A stretch of 64,000 nucleotides of DNA from Octopus sinensis (taxonomy: Eukaryota): positions 1,302,001 through 1,366,000 of the forward strand of contig NC_043021.1 of NCBI RefSeq assembly GCF_006345805.1, written 5' to 3'. The first letter of the stretch is position 1; the number at the start of each line of letters is the position of its first letter. Both the position numbers and the translations under genes were made by a program. Shown in pieces: positions 25,796 to 40,330 of this stretch. Under the pieces are notes generated by a model that searched no databases, was not told the DNA's origin, and saw only the letters and a program-made list of their open reading frames with translations.

Positions 25796-26826
25796 TCTCC
25801 CTCTTTGTTTCTCTCTCACTTTCCCACTCTCTTACTTTTCTCTTCTCTCGGTCTCTCCCTCGCTTCCTCTTACTCTCTATCTTTATCTATCTCTCTCCCA
25901 TTTATAAACAACAAAAGATTTTGATGTAACGTATAGAAGCCATCTTATCATGGCTAACCACATTGGGGAGGGGGTGTTACTGTAGCTTTATAGCCCCAAG
26001 AGATCTTCGTCTCTAGCTGGCTTTAGACACAATATCTGTGTCCTTGGAGTATTTGCAAAGGGAGGCCATCCCTTCCTCGCAAGCCTGAGTGATACGCTCG
26101 AACTAGTTTCGGGATTGTTGTCCTTCGTCAACGGGCGGTAACCACCAGGTAGCGATGAAAGAGAAGGCTCCTTTGCAAATAGATATAAGTTTTTCTAATG
26201 GCGTCTGCCACTGATGTCGAAAAACGAACAGTAAGCATAATTAAATCTCAGATTGAGATTGAAACAGTAATCGCTCGATAATGTAAAGTATAGAAGCCAT
26301 CTTATCATGGCTAACCACATTGGGGAGGGGGTGTTACTGTAGCTTTATAGCCCCAAGAGATCTTCGTCTCTAGCTGGCTTTAGACACAATACCTGTGTCC
26401 TTAGAGTATTTGCAAAGGGAGGCCATCCCTACTGTTTCAATCACATTCTGAGATTTAATTATGCTTACTGTTCATTTTTCGATATCAGTGGCAGACGCCA
26501 TTGAAGTGATTCTTTCTCACGACAGTAGACTCACCATGGCAAGCATTCAAAACCTCTTCATCATGGACGGCAACACATTGAAGATTAAAAGGCTCGCGCA
26601 AATTTTTTAGCTTGATGTAACAGAGAATTCCTAAACACTCGCTCCTTTAAATTTTAATCCCCTTCCAGCCCCATTTATACCTCTTTTCACCTTTTGGTTA
26701 ATATAACCCGATTTCATTCGGGTCTACTGGGGCCACATTTTATAAGATGAGGAATTTTGTCCTAGAGGTCACGCCTTTCATTTGAGGAAAAAAATAGTTG
26801 TCATGCAAACTTGCCAGCACTTTTAA

Positions 26827-27904
26827 CCCTTTCGTTACCAAACCGCCCAAAGCCGCCCGAAAAAAATTTTGGTTAATGTGACCAAACCGTCCAAACCCGC
26901 CCGTATTTACCTATTCATATTTAAATGAGAATATCAGAGCAAATCTCTTTATTACATTCGTGAAAACACGTGATTATACTTCGTAAACAGTTCATCTACA
27001 GTTTTGTACAACGATCGAAGTGTAATTTTAATTCCGTGAATTTTGGGAGATTTTTTTCCAAAATTTGTTCCTATTGTGTTTTCAAACTTTGTAATTCTGA
27101 CAAAAAATGGATACGAATTTCATCATATCAAGCAGCGAGTCAGAATTCGAAGGATTTTCTACTGAAGACTTTGATAAATCTAACTCTATGACTGAAAAAA
27201 AAAAAGCACGTGGTATTTGACAATGAATCTGATGTTTTATTTTCCGAAAGTGAAAACCGTGAATCCGAGAGCTCCGACAGCGATAAAGAAAATGAATTGG
27301 CACCTGAATGGAGTGAAAATTTAAAAACTGTTTCTTTCGGTGATTTTTCTGAAGAAACTGGACCAAGCCACCGACTTTCCCAGATGAGTAAAGCCTTAGA
27401 CTATTTCTTTTTACTTTTTCGAATGAGACTATTTGAAATCATTACGGCGGAAACGAACCGTTACGCTAAATGTAAACAAAGCGAAAGAAAGGATAGTTAG
27501 TGGTTTCCCACAATCTTAAATGAAATTAAGACTATTTTGCCATAAATATTATTATGGGTATCAGAAAGTTACCCAGAATAACAAATTCTATCGTAAAATT
27601 TTGTTGTATACCCAATTGAATATTAGCTAACCCATTTTCTATAGCGATGTTTGAACAAAATTATTTTATATTTTGTTGAATTTACCTGTATCTACCTGCA
27701 ATTAGAGTCACTTTGTGACAAAAATTATTGTATAGAATTGGTTGAGAACATTTCCTTCAATTATCATCCAAAAGTCACATTAATATATTGATAAAAAAAA
27801 AGTTATAGTTGTTTAATGAAACCAGACTAACTTTATGATTACGTTAGAAATTAATTGAAGAACATAAGGGGTGTATTTTGGTCAGAAATATAGTAATGAA
27901 AGGG
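26827..27904 (+). mobile_element. piggyBac internal-deletion derivative with transposase N-terminal remnant
   Basis: TTAA|CCCTTTCGTTACCA left end and degenerate right end TAGTAATGAAAGGG|TTCA. Remnant EW..F..FSEETGP..ALDYFFLLF..IITAETNRYA..W..EIK..MGIRKLP. Confidence 0.8.
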
Positions 27905-27984
27905 TTCATAGGTGTGCATATTTTCAGCTGAACCGACCGACCACATAATGCACACATTATATATATATAGATATATATATATAT

Positions 27985-28015
<31 letters not shown>

Positions 28016-28288
28016 CACGCATTATATATACAAATTATATATATATATGTATAAATTAAATTAGAGATAAAACCACTAATAGGCAAAAAAAAGCATAAAA
28101 ATAAAAATATAATATATAAAATAGAAGAATTTAAATTATTTAAATTTAAAATAAAAATTATTAAATTATATTTATAATTTGTTTAAAAATATATATAACT
28201 ATCAAAAAGTATTAAAAAGTTTAATATACATAAATACAGATATATACACTTTGTATATATACATTATATATACATATTTATATATCGA

Positions 28289-28321
<33 letters not shown>

Positions 28322-28805
28322 AATGAACGCAATGAATATCTGATTCATAATCTTTGTTCTCATGATTGTGTGTTGTTGGTAGCGATGATAATTCTCCCTA
28401 TGAATGCAGACAGATACATCAAAGAAAGCCGTCTGACGAACTTATAAAGGGAAAGTGAAAGGGAGTTGAGGGGAATACATTAAATAACGGGAGTGGACTT
28501 CGGAAAGTTATAAATAAAGGGGAGTAAGAGAGGGAAAGGAGGAAATAGCGTGAGTGAATAAGATGGCCCCTAGCCACCACACCTTTCAAGACAGGGATTT
28601 CTAAGGTAGCCCACAGGCATCGTCACCTCATTCTACATGTCCCTGTAAATTTTGGAGCGAATCAGACGGGATGTAGTGGCATTGAAAGCGATCCAAGCGG
28701 TAAAAACGCATTTTAGTTTTATATATAGAGATAAATTCAGGGTGAATACTTGATAAATGTAAGCACGTGTATATGCCAGTTAGTAGCAGAGGTGAGAGGA
28801 TATAT

Positions 28806-29062
28806 GTATCAAGTGAAATAAAATGAAAAACAAGACACAAAGGATGTCGCGGTACACATGTTTCGAGCTTTATAAAACAACCTATTCTTACATCAATGCA
28901 TAATCGACATAACAGATAGTTTAAAAGCCCTCTTCAGCCGCTTTTAAACTATCTGTTATGTCGATTATGCATTGATGTAAGAATAGGTTGTTTTATAAAG
29001 CTCGAAACATGTGTACCGCGACATCCTTTGTGTCCTGTTTTTCATTTTATTTCATTTGATAC
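28806..29062. repeat. Near-perfect palindrome, 123-bp arms, 11-nt loop
   Basis: 28806-28928 vs 28940-29062, with 2 mismatches seen. Confidence 0.95.
28849..28941 (-). ncRNA. Type I hammerhead ribozyme, canonical core
   Basis: GCGG-CUGAAGA-GGGCUUU..AAAGCUC-GAAAC-AUGU-GUA/CCGC. All conserved core nucleotides are present. Predicted cleavage between 28853 and 28852. Confidence 0.85.
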
Positions 29063-29100
29063 ACACACACACACACACCACACACACACACATATATATT

Positions 29101-29169
<69 letters not shown>

Positions 29170-29986
29170 AGAGAGAGGTTATAAGAGGTAATTGTGTCAA
29201 TAAGACCCAAAGGTGTCAGGTAATGCTGAGTAAATGCTATGCATAGACCATAGTTAAGCTCCAGGTCCTGTGATTAAGGAGTCCAACGTATTCTGTGAAT
29301 AAGGAGTCCAACGTACGGCATATATTAGCATGTGTATACATAAAAAAATTTTTTTTCAGAATGTGATAAAAAAACAAACAAACAAGGCTGTGAAGATTTA
29401 GAACATTTATAAATGTTCTAAATCTTCACAGCCATGGTTTTTTTAAATCTCATTCTGAATATATATATATATATATATATTGAACAATATGATAACTTTG
29501 TCAATACTTTTAACACTTTCTGACAAACAAATTTTACTTAGTTGTTGCCGTTGCCTAACTTCAAATAAAGACAAAACAATAGTAGAAGGGAAAGTGTGAT
29601 TGGTAAGCTGTGCTATCAAATGAAGAAATGTAATATTTTTAATGATATTCGGAGAATATCACCGAACCAAACGACAGAATCCAGTTCTTCTCACGAATGA
29701 CACCAAATTCCAAACACCACTGAATTCAAATTGTCCTTTTATTAAAGAAATCTAAAAATAATAGAACACCTGTGTGTATGTATGTATGTATGTGTGTGTG
29801 CATATGTGTGTGTGTGTGTGCATAATACGTGTGAATACATAAATACACACACACACATATGTACTCATATACATAGACACATATAGGCTCTGCACATGTT
29901 TGTCAATATAATACATATCTCAATGTATAATTTTTTCCTCCCCCTTTTCTTAAACTTGCAGCTGCTCTCCATATTGTTTCTCTTCA

Positions 29987-30455
29987 TCACTCCAGGAACG
30001 TTAATGTAGGAGTTGAAACCAGGGTGTGATGCTTTCGATATGCGTTCGGATCATACACGTTCTGTGACAGTTTATGTCGATCATAGTACATCTTTAGTTG
30101 CACCAATTGATTCACTTTCTCATGGATATCTATTATAGACTGCTTGATCAATTTCGTGTTGGACACAATATCATCGATATTTTTCAAGGTGCTTACATCG
30201 CTGCCTATGACTTCCATTAACTCTATCAGTTCAAGTTTAAATTCTATTAAAGCTTCCTTTGACTGCTCTATTTCATCCGCCTCACTGTCGGCTGCTTCAA
30301 CCTCATCCTGGTCCAAATTCTGAATATTATGCAGAGTCCTACGCAACACTGCATGGTCATGCAGGTATGTCTGTTGTTTTTTAGCAATGATGGGAAGCAA
30401 AATGTTCATTTCTGCATTGAGGTTTCCAATTTCGGAGTGAATTTCCACCAGAAAC
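29987..30455 (-). CDS. ODAD1/CCDC63-like coiled-coil gene A, exon 2 (terminal)
   Basis: Acceptor catttctttcag|G. The phase-2 join rebuilds NFSLFR-FLVEIHSEIG. Stop TGA at 29989-29987. Homologous to 53500-53965. Confidence 0.82.
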
Positions 30456-30503
30456 CTGAAAGAAATGGACAGAAGATTATAAACACACACGCACACGCAC
30501 GCG

Positions 30504-30668
<165 letters not shown>

Positions 30669-31439
30669 TCAAGAATACTACTGGTAACGACGTGTTGCGA
30701 AGTTAGATCGTCGGTTACCAAACTAACTCCTCCACCAGACTTGACTTGTCCAGTAGGAAACGAAAAATACTTACCAAAAGCACGGCTGAGAAGCAATGTT
30801 AGGTCAATGCCTAACTAACAACAAGGGAACCCCAAGATCAGCTTGAAGTGATGGACCTCTAGTTCTTGTTTTTCTTTATCTGTCTAGAAGAATACTCAGA
30901 TGTAAAATCTGAGGATGAGCCTACTTCTAGTTGTCTTCAACTAGATGCTAGGCCATCGGGAGGAAAGCTATTTATCCGAAAAGTGAATGCTTTACTCACT
31001 ATTTTCTATTTCACGAGAGGAACTCCTTGGAAAACACACAATGGACAGTAGTAAAACGTACAGGCTTGACCAGCCGCAAGTATGTGTTTTCAAACCTGCA
31101 GCTAGACAGTTTGTGATATTGGTCGCTTTTTATCAAAACTATGATTAAAGAAAAATTCTGCAACACCTCAATGACCGTGAAGTCCTCTCTAGGGATAATA
31201 GTGCTTCCTGTTTATCTAAATTAGGTGATCTAAACAAATCATATCTCCCAAATTTACCAAACTCTCCAGCATACCGTATGAACCGTCCAGCATACCGTAC
31301 GAGCTGCAAGTTGCAGTCTAAACTAATCACCTATCTTAGAAATCACCAGGGACAAGAAAACTAGTGCTAAGAGATACTGCCAATATCTAGGATGTGATTT
31401 AAGGCAGCGAGATGGTAGAATCGTCACCTTATCGGAAAA

Positions 31440-31612
31440 AAATGCTTAGCAGCATTTCTTGCGACTTTATATTCGAACACCAACAGGGTTGACTTTGCCT
31501 TTCATCCTTTTGGGGTCGATGAAATAAGTACCAGTTGAGCTCTGGGGCCGTTGGAATTGACTTATACCCATCACGAAATTATTGGCCTTCTGCCAAAATT
31601 CGAAACGAATAT
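31440..31612 (+). mobile_element. Degenerate tRNA-SINE (family of 15163)
   Basis: Shares GACTTTGCCTTTCATCCTTT.GGGGTCGAT.AA.TAAGTACCAGTTG. Confidence 0.7.
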
Positions 31613-32011
31613 CTGGGATGTTTTTTTGTACTCGGCCTAAAGTGGACTTCCGCCACAATTATTTAAAACAAGGTAAGGAACACTCTATCGTCTGTCTTAT
31701 ACAAATCTGTAGAATATTTTCTTATCCCTTTTATTGGTATTCACTGCGTTACACTATCTAGATGTGAATATTATCCTACAGGTTATTGCAACCAAATTTT
31801 GTCTGATGACGATGAAGTCACTGCCAATCTTTTTTATGTAAAAATTGCTATGTACAAACTCTTTTAAACAATATTGAGTAATCATTTAGTTTAATGTTAA
31901 ATACCTTCACATAAAAACAAGCATTAATATATGTTTGCGTGCATGTGTGTGTGTGTGTGTGCGTGTGTATATGTGTATGCGTGTGTGTATATGTGTGTGT
32001 GTATGCGTGTG

Positions 32012-32054
<43 letters not shown>

Positions 32055-32114
32055 TGCGTGCGTGTGTATATGTGTATGCGTGTGTGTATATGTGTGTGTG
32101 TGTGTATGCGTGTG

Positions 32115-32150
<36 letters not shown>

Positions 32151-32699
32151 GTGTGTGTGTGTGTGTAATTTAAAGCAGAACACATTTTGTTTGGTTTCCG
32201 GTCAAATCAAATATCAATTTATTGCATTCATTGTTTTTACCACTTGACAATCAAACGCTGAAATTTTTATCCCGAATGACTTCTGTTCCCCGAGTAGTGA
32301 TGCCCAGGACTTATTATAGCGCGCACGCATGTGTGTTTGCTGTGTATGAAAGTGCGTTGTCTATTTGTGGGGAAGTTGCTCGCAAGATCGTGGTTACACT
32401 CCCCAGACCTGTGATGCGTTGTGTTACTGAGCAAAACATTTCATTTCACGTTGCCCCAGGTCTCACAGCTGTAAATAGCACGGACTGGCATTTGCTCAGG
32501 GGTAACATTGACCTGACCTACTACCCAGTGAGTTGGCATCATTCGAAACCTACAATATGAGAAGCGCATCGTAACCAGCGGTGTATAATCCGATAGTCTG
32601 GGCGATACAGTGATGTGTGTGTGCGTGTAAGTAGATGAGATGAGAAAGGAATAAAGAATTTTTTTATGAACGTCATTAGATTACAGCGGTTTCTGCTAT

Positions 32700-33000
32700 C
32701 ATCATTGTTCGAGCGTGGTCGAGACAATGGAATTCACTATGTTACGCCAGACTTCACAGTCCATCATAGCATTACGGAGGTCCTGTTGCGGGATGCCTGT
32801 ATCCCTGGAGATTACATCAGGGTAGGAGAGTGTGCACCCTCTGGTATCGCGAGCAGATGGCTTCCAGAGGAGAAGAGTAGAAATTACCTCGTTTTCAGCT
32901 CTAGAACAATGTCCAGCAAACTGGACTCTTCTACCTTTCACAAGAGATGATACAGGTGGTAATTTCCCATTTATTTGTACTTTGATTGGATGACGCTTCC
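32700..33000 (-). mobile_element. RTE LINE 3' fragment
   Basis: RRVQFAGHCSR..LLLWKP..LSYPDVISRDTG..AMMD..W. Confidence 0.7.
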
Positions 33001-33179
33001 ACGAGAGATTTCTGCTATATAGTTACAGTTGTAGTTTCTGCTATAGGTGGCAGTGGACTCGTAGTTAAGTGCCTGAATAACGCCTTATAGCTTCATCGGA
33101 GCCAGGAATATGAAGTGCAATTTGCACAGTTCCGAGGTCTACATTTTCTTTATTCGGCTGGAATATTCTTTAGTGACAT

Positions 33180-33925
33180 GTACCTTATTACAGGTGCCAT
33201 CGTAAGATATGTTTTAATCCACCCCAAGTTACCTGTAATATTCCTCGTCAGATACAGAGGAAACAGTTAAGTCACTGATGGAGATGTTGTTAATGTGGTT
33301 TACTGTTTCCCTCTTTCACAAACCTTTAGCAACATTTATCTTGGCCAAACTCCAATTCTGTGTCCTTTGAGAATGTTGTAACTAGGTCAAGGCTCTTTTC
33401 CATCTCATGTATATTCATTGCATATAGATTCAAGTCATCCACAAAGAAACAATATATAATTTTGGTACTTCTGTTTCCTTGTGAATCAGTGAGATACTCT
33501 TCAGGCTTCCTTAATATGAATGACAAGAGGTTTACAGAAAGTATAAACAATATCACCGAAAAATATATTCTCCTTGGAGTATACCTCTACGATACTGTAC
33601 TCAGTCAGTGATAATACAATCACTCCTTGTATTTAACTTCAAGATGGTAGCCTGTGATGAAGTAAGGTCAGATATGATTATGTTCACAGCGAGTCAAAAC
33701 GCTTCTAGCATCCATGAGTCGGGGAAAGAGTCAAAGGCTTTCTTGTATTCCAGCCACATTGGAATAGGATTCCTCCTATGCTCCCGCACCTCTGACATTA
33801 CAGTTTTGTGTATTAGCAGTTGCTCGACACATCCTCAGACTCCCTTCTTCCCAGATGCTTGTTCTGCTGTGATGATGTTATTGCTTTCACAATGGTCTTG
33901 GAGGAAGAGATTTAAACATGCTATA
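33180..33925 (-). mobile_element. R4/Dong-like (RLE-type) LINE RT fragment
   Basis: EQASGKKGVWGCVEQLLINK..WLEYKKAFDS and LFILSVNLLSFIL..FFVDDLNLY..FGQDKC. Confidence 0.65.
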
Positions 33926-33936
33926 AATATTTTATG

Positions 33937-33981
<45 letters not shown>

Positions 33982-34197
33982 ATAAGTAGACAGACATATA
34001 CGTAGAGTGATAGATAAATGGGTAAGTAGGAAGACAGGTGGGTTTGCTGATGCATTGACAGACTGGAGAATACTCCAATGGAAATGTCTCATTAACACGC
34101 CAAAGGTAAGTTTGTATGATAAAGTAAAACTACGCAAACTCAGAAGACTTTGCTAGTTGTACAAACGTAATTAGACAGGAAATTAAATAATACTTAC

Positions 34198-35132
34198 CTA
34201 AAAAGTGAAAAGTTGTCACTCCTCTTGTTTTGAAAGCGACTTATTGTTGATTTTATGTCAAGATAGCCGCTAACTTCTTTGATCTTAGAAAATGCTTTCA
34301 TGTATTCATTTAGCTGTCGACGCCGTGTGGCCAATTCTTTCTCATTTTTCTTCAAATAAATATCTAGTGAATACACTTCTCGCTCCTGCACCAACACCGA
34401 AATGAATTCTTCAAAATTCATCGCGTTGAAAGCATTCCTATCAATTTCGTTCATTTCAAATCTATAAAGGTTTTCATTGTGTTCAATTCGTTCGTTGAGG
34501 CTGACAATTTTTGTATTAGCTTCTTCTTTTTTACGATGTGCATTTGAAGAGACCCTCACCAGCTTTTGCATTCTGAAACTAGCATCATTGTGTAAAGCGT
34601 CAAGGCGGGAACACATCGCTTCGAAGGTAGTCAGTCTACACTGCAGAGAAGACAATTCCGCTCGTAGTTTTGACAGTTCTGTGTATTGTTTTCCAAATTC
34701 AACAGTCTTCACCTGAAGCCGGTTTTCCATTAAGTGAATATATCTCTTTACTACTGATATTATTTCTTCAGACAATTCCGCATCACGTTCGTCTTCATGA
34801 AGTTTTGTCTTTGAAATTTTCAGGCATTTGTCGAGTGTGGCTCTTTGTTCTGGTGTCATTTGTCCGTTGACTCCATCCATGTAACTGTTTTCTAGTTGTT
34901 GCAAAGCGTTTATCATAGCTTGTTCTAGTGGTGGTATTTTATATGATCGACAAATAGACAAAATTAGGTCCAACTCTTCTCCTTCTGTCTTCAGGCGATA
35001 GTATTTTCTGCTCTGCCAAAATAGTGTCTTTTTGTATTTATTCAGTTGTGAGCTGGTTTCACGAAAGGCACTACCAAGTGCCTGTTGGTAGTGAATCATC
35101 TGTTGTTCTCCTTTATCTAAACGTCGATTCAT
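34198..35132 (-). CDS. ODAD1/CCDC63-like coiled-coil gene A, exon 1
   Basis: Long open coiled-coil ORF. AFSKIKEVSG..DI....RF....DNFSLF resembles the DC2/ODA1 family motif from recall. Donor AG|GTAAGT at 34197. Spliced product is 467 aa. Confidence 0.8.
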
Positions 35133-35198
35133 TTTGATTGAACCTTGGTGCGTGTGAGTGTTCTGCTACTGGTACTAGTATAGTAAATTGTACAATCG

Positions 35199-35275
<77 letters not shown>

Positions 35276-36019
35276 AACTACACTCTATTAAATGTACCCA
35301 TTTTTATTTTCTCCCTGCAATTAAAATCTCTACTGACCCAACCTCTATTGGCACCCACCCAACTGTCACAGCTTCTACGGTCACTCACCCTACTGTAATC
35401 CTTTGTTACCCACCCTACTATCAAAACCTCTACCCCAAGAACCACCACTGTCATCTACACCTTACTATCGTCTATTCTAATGTGACCTTTTACCCATACT
35501 TTGCCTCCGCAATTCCTTAGTATAACCCACTCTGCTGTCTTTCGGCCACTTCTCTCCTTCAGCTTTATACTCTTTGTTCTCTATCTGCAACAGAAAAGGA
35601 TTTCGTTACATATATATTATCACAGAAGATTGACTAATTAATACATACTGCAATTCTCCTTGTTTTGTTGTCTACCGGAAAGACAAAATCATACTAATAT
35701 AGTAACTTTTTCTTACTACTTTCTACAAATGATGACCTTGTGCCAAATGAAAGAGAAATCATTTATCTATAAGTCAAATGTTCCGTGAGTCCTATGCTCT
35801 GTTTTCAAATCATATTGAGCTCGACTTTGCCATATATTCAATGAGGGATTCCGCAAATAAGTAACAGATATTTAATGGAGCAGGCGTAGTAGTCGAGTAT
35901 TCGTCCTCAATAAATCTGACACTTGGTGCATGGTTTTAGAAATTGCCATTACCCTGATTGGAGAGCGTTATAAAGCGATATTAACTCCTTCAGTTAACGG
36001 AGTGTTTAAATTCCTAATA

Positions 36020-36078
<59 letters not shown>

Positions 36079-36140
36079 ACACACATACACACACGTGAAA
36101 AAGAAAGAGTGAAACAGAGAAGGAGAGTGGGGAGAAACAC

Positions 36141-36210
<70 letters not shown>

Positions 36211-37429
36211 GCACACAATTGTACAAAGGAAAGAGAAGAGTACTCGGGACACAGGGAAGTTAAATATTTCTGTTAACTGTGTAACTCAGATCTGTATTGC
36301 TTAATAAATTTCAAGTGTCAAGAGTGGATCAGCTGATGGAGCCTGTAAATTGGCGACTGCTAGGAGTTAATAGCAACTGGCTGACGGCTACTGAGCTGAA
36401 GAAACTCTTGCAAAATGCATGGGAGTTGGAGCCTTGTTTTCGCTATGAATTTCAATAAAATATTAAAAGATTCAATGAAATTTGGGCCATTAATTTCTAA
36501 TACTGTTCTACAAATTTTATTGAACTTTTATAACCTCACTGGAATTTCTGACTACTATATATCATGTCACAGCTGTCTCTCATCTAGTATTCACATAGAG
36601 ATATGATGTCGCTGTTCCACTAGTGAGGTAACTTTTTCTGATAGTATCGGTTAGTTGATGGATAATGAGTTCAAGGTGAATGGGGAAGAGCCTTCTCAAG
36701 GATGGCTTATATAATGTTGGGAAGTCTTCAGGTAAAGTATGACAGTGAGGCGAAATTTTCTTGTCCTTCCATTTGATGGAATACTTCATCAGTTGAAATC
36801 ATTTGCCGCTAGACCCATATAGTTTGTCGTAATGCTATTGGACTGTGAGGGTAGCTTTTGAACCCACAGCCTTTTAAAAGGCAAGAACATCTCAGCAAGC
36901 AACAAGAAGATTTTCAATAGTTACAGAGAGAAATATAAGGTGGAGTCTGGGCGAATGCATATATTTTTTGTTGTAGCATCAATGTTAGAGGCGAATATCT
37001 AGGCTTGAATAGCTAAGCTTAAAGTTATTGGTATTAAAGGCATTGTCGTAGTTGTGGATGTTTGGGAAACTCTGTCTTATTGGGAATGGAAAGACGCTAA
37101 TTAGATAAGCGTATATGTGGAGCCATCTAGATTGAATTTGTGGTAGATGAACTAGATTATCTTTTCCTTTCTAACACTTTTACGGTTTAGGGTGGGTTGG
37201 GAATCCTTTGTATACACCCAGTGAATTCATTTCTCTCTACTACCTTATTATAACAGTACACTGCCCAACTGAAAATCCCACTGCCTGCCAGTAAATAATG
37301 GATTTTTCACTTGATATTTGTGATTAGATCTCTAATTACACCTGGATGTGTTTGGAGTTCCTATGGATATAAACAGGTTCTTCATTAGGCCTCTTGAATC
37401 TGTAGTATTTCATCGATTTTAGGTCGAGA

Positions 37430-40330
37430 ATGACATCCAAAACGTCAGCTTTTGTCAAGTTAGTGGTAGCACTTATATTTAGGCCGAATTCTTTGAAGAC
37501 GGTTATATGTACCTATTCATGGCCGTTCATACTGCTCAAAATTTCCAGGTCATTATGCCGTTCGAACAATGTAGCCAGACTATCTCATTTGATTTTTCAA
37601 TAGCTTTGATTTAAGTGAAATGATGTCTGCAGATGCAAGGACACCTCTGTCTGGAGTAAAGTCCCATTTGATATTTAAAATGCGGTGACGGCATTTTTGA
37701 TGGAACCCTTCTAGCAATTTTAGATGTCTTTCGTAACAGGTCTATGTTTCAGAGGAATACAACAGGGATGGTAAGACAAACGATTTGTAAAAAGCCAATT
37801 TTGTGCTGTTATTTATATGTCGTTGGCGCCAAACATGCGACTCCCAAACCACCAAATGCTTGGGCTGCTCTTTGAATTCGTTGTACAGAGCTTCCGAGAT
37901 CGATGACAGAGTCAACAACCTCAAGTAACTTGCTCTTAACGAAAATTTTAGCGGTGTTACAAACACCACCACCTGAGTCAAATGCAGATACAAGAGATTA
38001 CAGGCCTGTTTCATAGTGACTGACTAGATCGCAATCGTCAGTGTATAGGAGTTCCCTAATGAATATCGTAAAAACCTTTGTTTTGAATTTTAGTCTGATC
38101 AGATTAAAAACATTCCCTGTTGTTCGATATTTTATGTAAATACCCTCCTCGGGGTTTTGAAAAGCGTGTGACAGCATAACAGCAAAGTATAATGCCAAGA
38201 GGCTAAGTACATCAAGGTCTCCTTGCTTTACTCCATTTTCCACGACAAAAGTTTCAGAAAGCCTACCACCAAAATTAACTCTAGCCTTCATATCTTGATA
38301 CAAAGCCCGGTTCATGTTTAGAAATTTTCCTGGGAAACCTATTTTCCTTACAATTAGCCACAGGGCATTTTGATTAACAGTATCGCATGTCTTCCTTATA
38401 TCAACAAAGCAATGATATAAAGTAAGATTCTGTTCAATGCCCTTTTCCTGAAATTGTCTAGTAGTAAAGACACAATCAACTGTGCCCCTGGAGGAACGAA
38501 AACCAAATTGAGACTCAGACACTATATTTGGAACTATAAAGGAAATTAAACGTTCTAACAAAATATTTCCAATTACAGACAAGCGAAATCCCACGAAAAT
38601 TACTACACAAATCCTTTGGCCCTGATTTATACAAGGAGACTAATATGGCATCATTCCAGTTTTGAAGCACTTCCTCTGTTCCCCAACAGTGACAAATTAA
38701 TATATTTAAGAGTTCGAACATTTTGTCACTTCTCTCTTTTAAGACCTCTGCATAGATTCCATCAGACCCTGGAAACATTGTTATTCAGCTTATTCACAGC
38801 TAAATAAATACCATTTAGAGCTGGTTCAAATGCCATCTCCTCTATAACTGGAAGGTGTTCGATTTTTTCTATCGTCCTCATGTCAACAGATTATGGTCTA
38901 TTCAAAGTGCAGAAAAATGTTCTACTCAGCGCTTATGAATAGAAGCGGTGTCAGTCAGTAGCAAATGTCCATTTTCTGTTCTTACTGGCACTATTGAATA
39001 AGATTGTGGACCATATACTCCCTTAACATAAGAGTACAAACCCTTGGCATCATTTATGTCAGCTGCTTTTTGCGCTCCCTTGGTCCTGTTATTCCACCAT
39101 TCCTGTTTAATTTTCCTTTGAGCAGTCTGCACTTGCCCTTTCAGCTTTCTATAAGCTTCATTTGAGTTGGGGTTCAAAGACTGAGAAACAAGTGTGTTGC
39201 ATAAATTTTGTTTTTCTAAAAGCAGATCATGAATTTTTGGTGATTTCTCAGAAAACCAATCACTGGACTTATGATGTTCAAATCCCACTGAGAAACTTGA
39301 GCCTGAAATACTTTTGTTTTGAAATCTTCCCATAGATTGTTTGGATCAAGAGCGACACTTTGTATGGCATCTTGGAATCTTTGCAAGTTGCTTGATAATT
39401 TGAAATTTGCAACATTTAGCTTTTTGGGTACCTTAGGACCAGACTGTCGACTTTTAGGCATTAGCCAAAAATTTATTTTTCCACACACTAGACGACGGTC
39501 AGTTCAGCTCTCTGCTCCTTTCATGGCCCGAACACAAGAAACATCTTTTATTTCACGCTTTCTGATCAAAATCTATGAAATGCCAGTTTTGGGATCTTGG
39601 GTGCATCCAGGTAGTTTTATATTTATTTTTATGTTTAAACAGTGTTGGTAAGAACCAGGTTATTTTCAGTACAAAACATCAAAAGAGCAACTCCATTTTT
39701 ATGACATTTCCTAATCCCATGTCGCCTAAAACAGGCCATGAAATGTAGCCATTTCCAGCCCTTGCGTTGAAAGCTCCTAATACCACCAGTTTATCGGAAG
39801 TTGGTACTTTCCTCAATAATTATGCTAGATCATCATATAACTGTGCTACAGTTTCATCAGAATGAGACATTGTTGGTGAATAATTACTGACAATGGTAAG
39901 AAACCCACCTTTTGTCAGTTTTATACGGCATAACATGGTTCTTTCAGATACACCTCTTGGAAATTCTGCAATGGAGATTAACAATGAATTCGTGAGAGCA
40001 AACCCAACACCAAATTCTCTACGCTGACACTCAAGTAGGCTTCCCAGAAGATAGTATATCCATAAATAGGTTAATTTATTTGACTCTCACTCGAGAGACG
40101 AGTTTCAGAGAGCGCAACTATATCGAGGGAATATTTTTTGAGCTCACATGCAATAAGTGTAGTACGCCTTTCTGGCTTCTTTTTGAAGTCATCATGTAAA
40201 AGTGTTCACACACTCCAACAGCCAAAATTCAGAAGATGCCTTTTTTTTTTTATTCTTCTTGAAAATTGTCGTCACCATGCCATAGTGGCATGATGACGAC
40301 CGGGGACAGCCTGTGACACATTGGGACACC
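37430..40330 (-). mobile_element. RTE (BovB-like) LINE, degraded near full length
   Basis: APE start (RRTTLIACELKKYSLDIVALSETR), RT 37998-38594 (SQFGFRSSRGTVD, NGVKQG, LLYTDDC). Many stops and frameshifts. Confidence 0.88.

Noticed and set aside
35133-36400. RFX X-box promoter motif for the ciliary-type genes
   Set aside because: No convincing GTTNCCATGGNAAC-like match was found upstream of either paralog.
36400-37300. Possible ancient PLE RT remnant
   Set aside because: Only vague motif echoes, with many stops.
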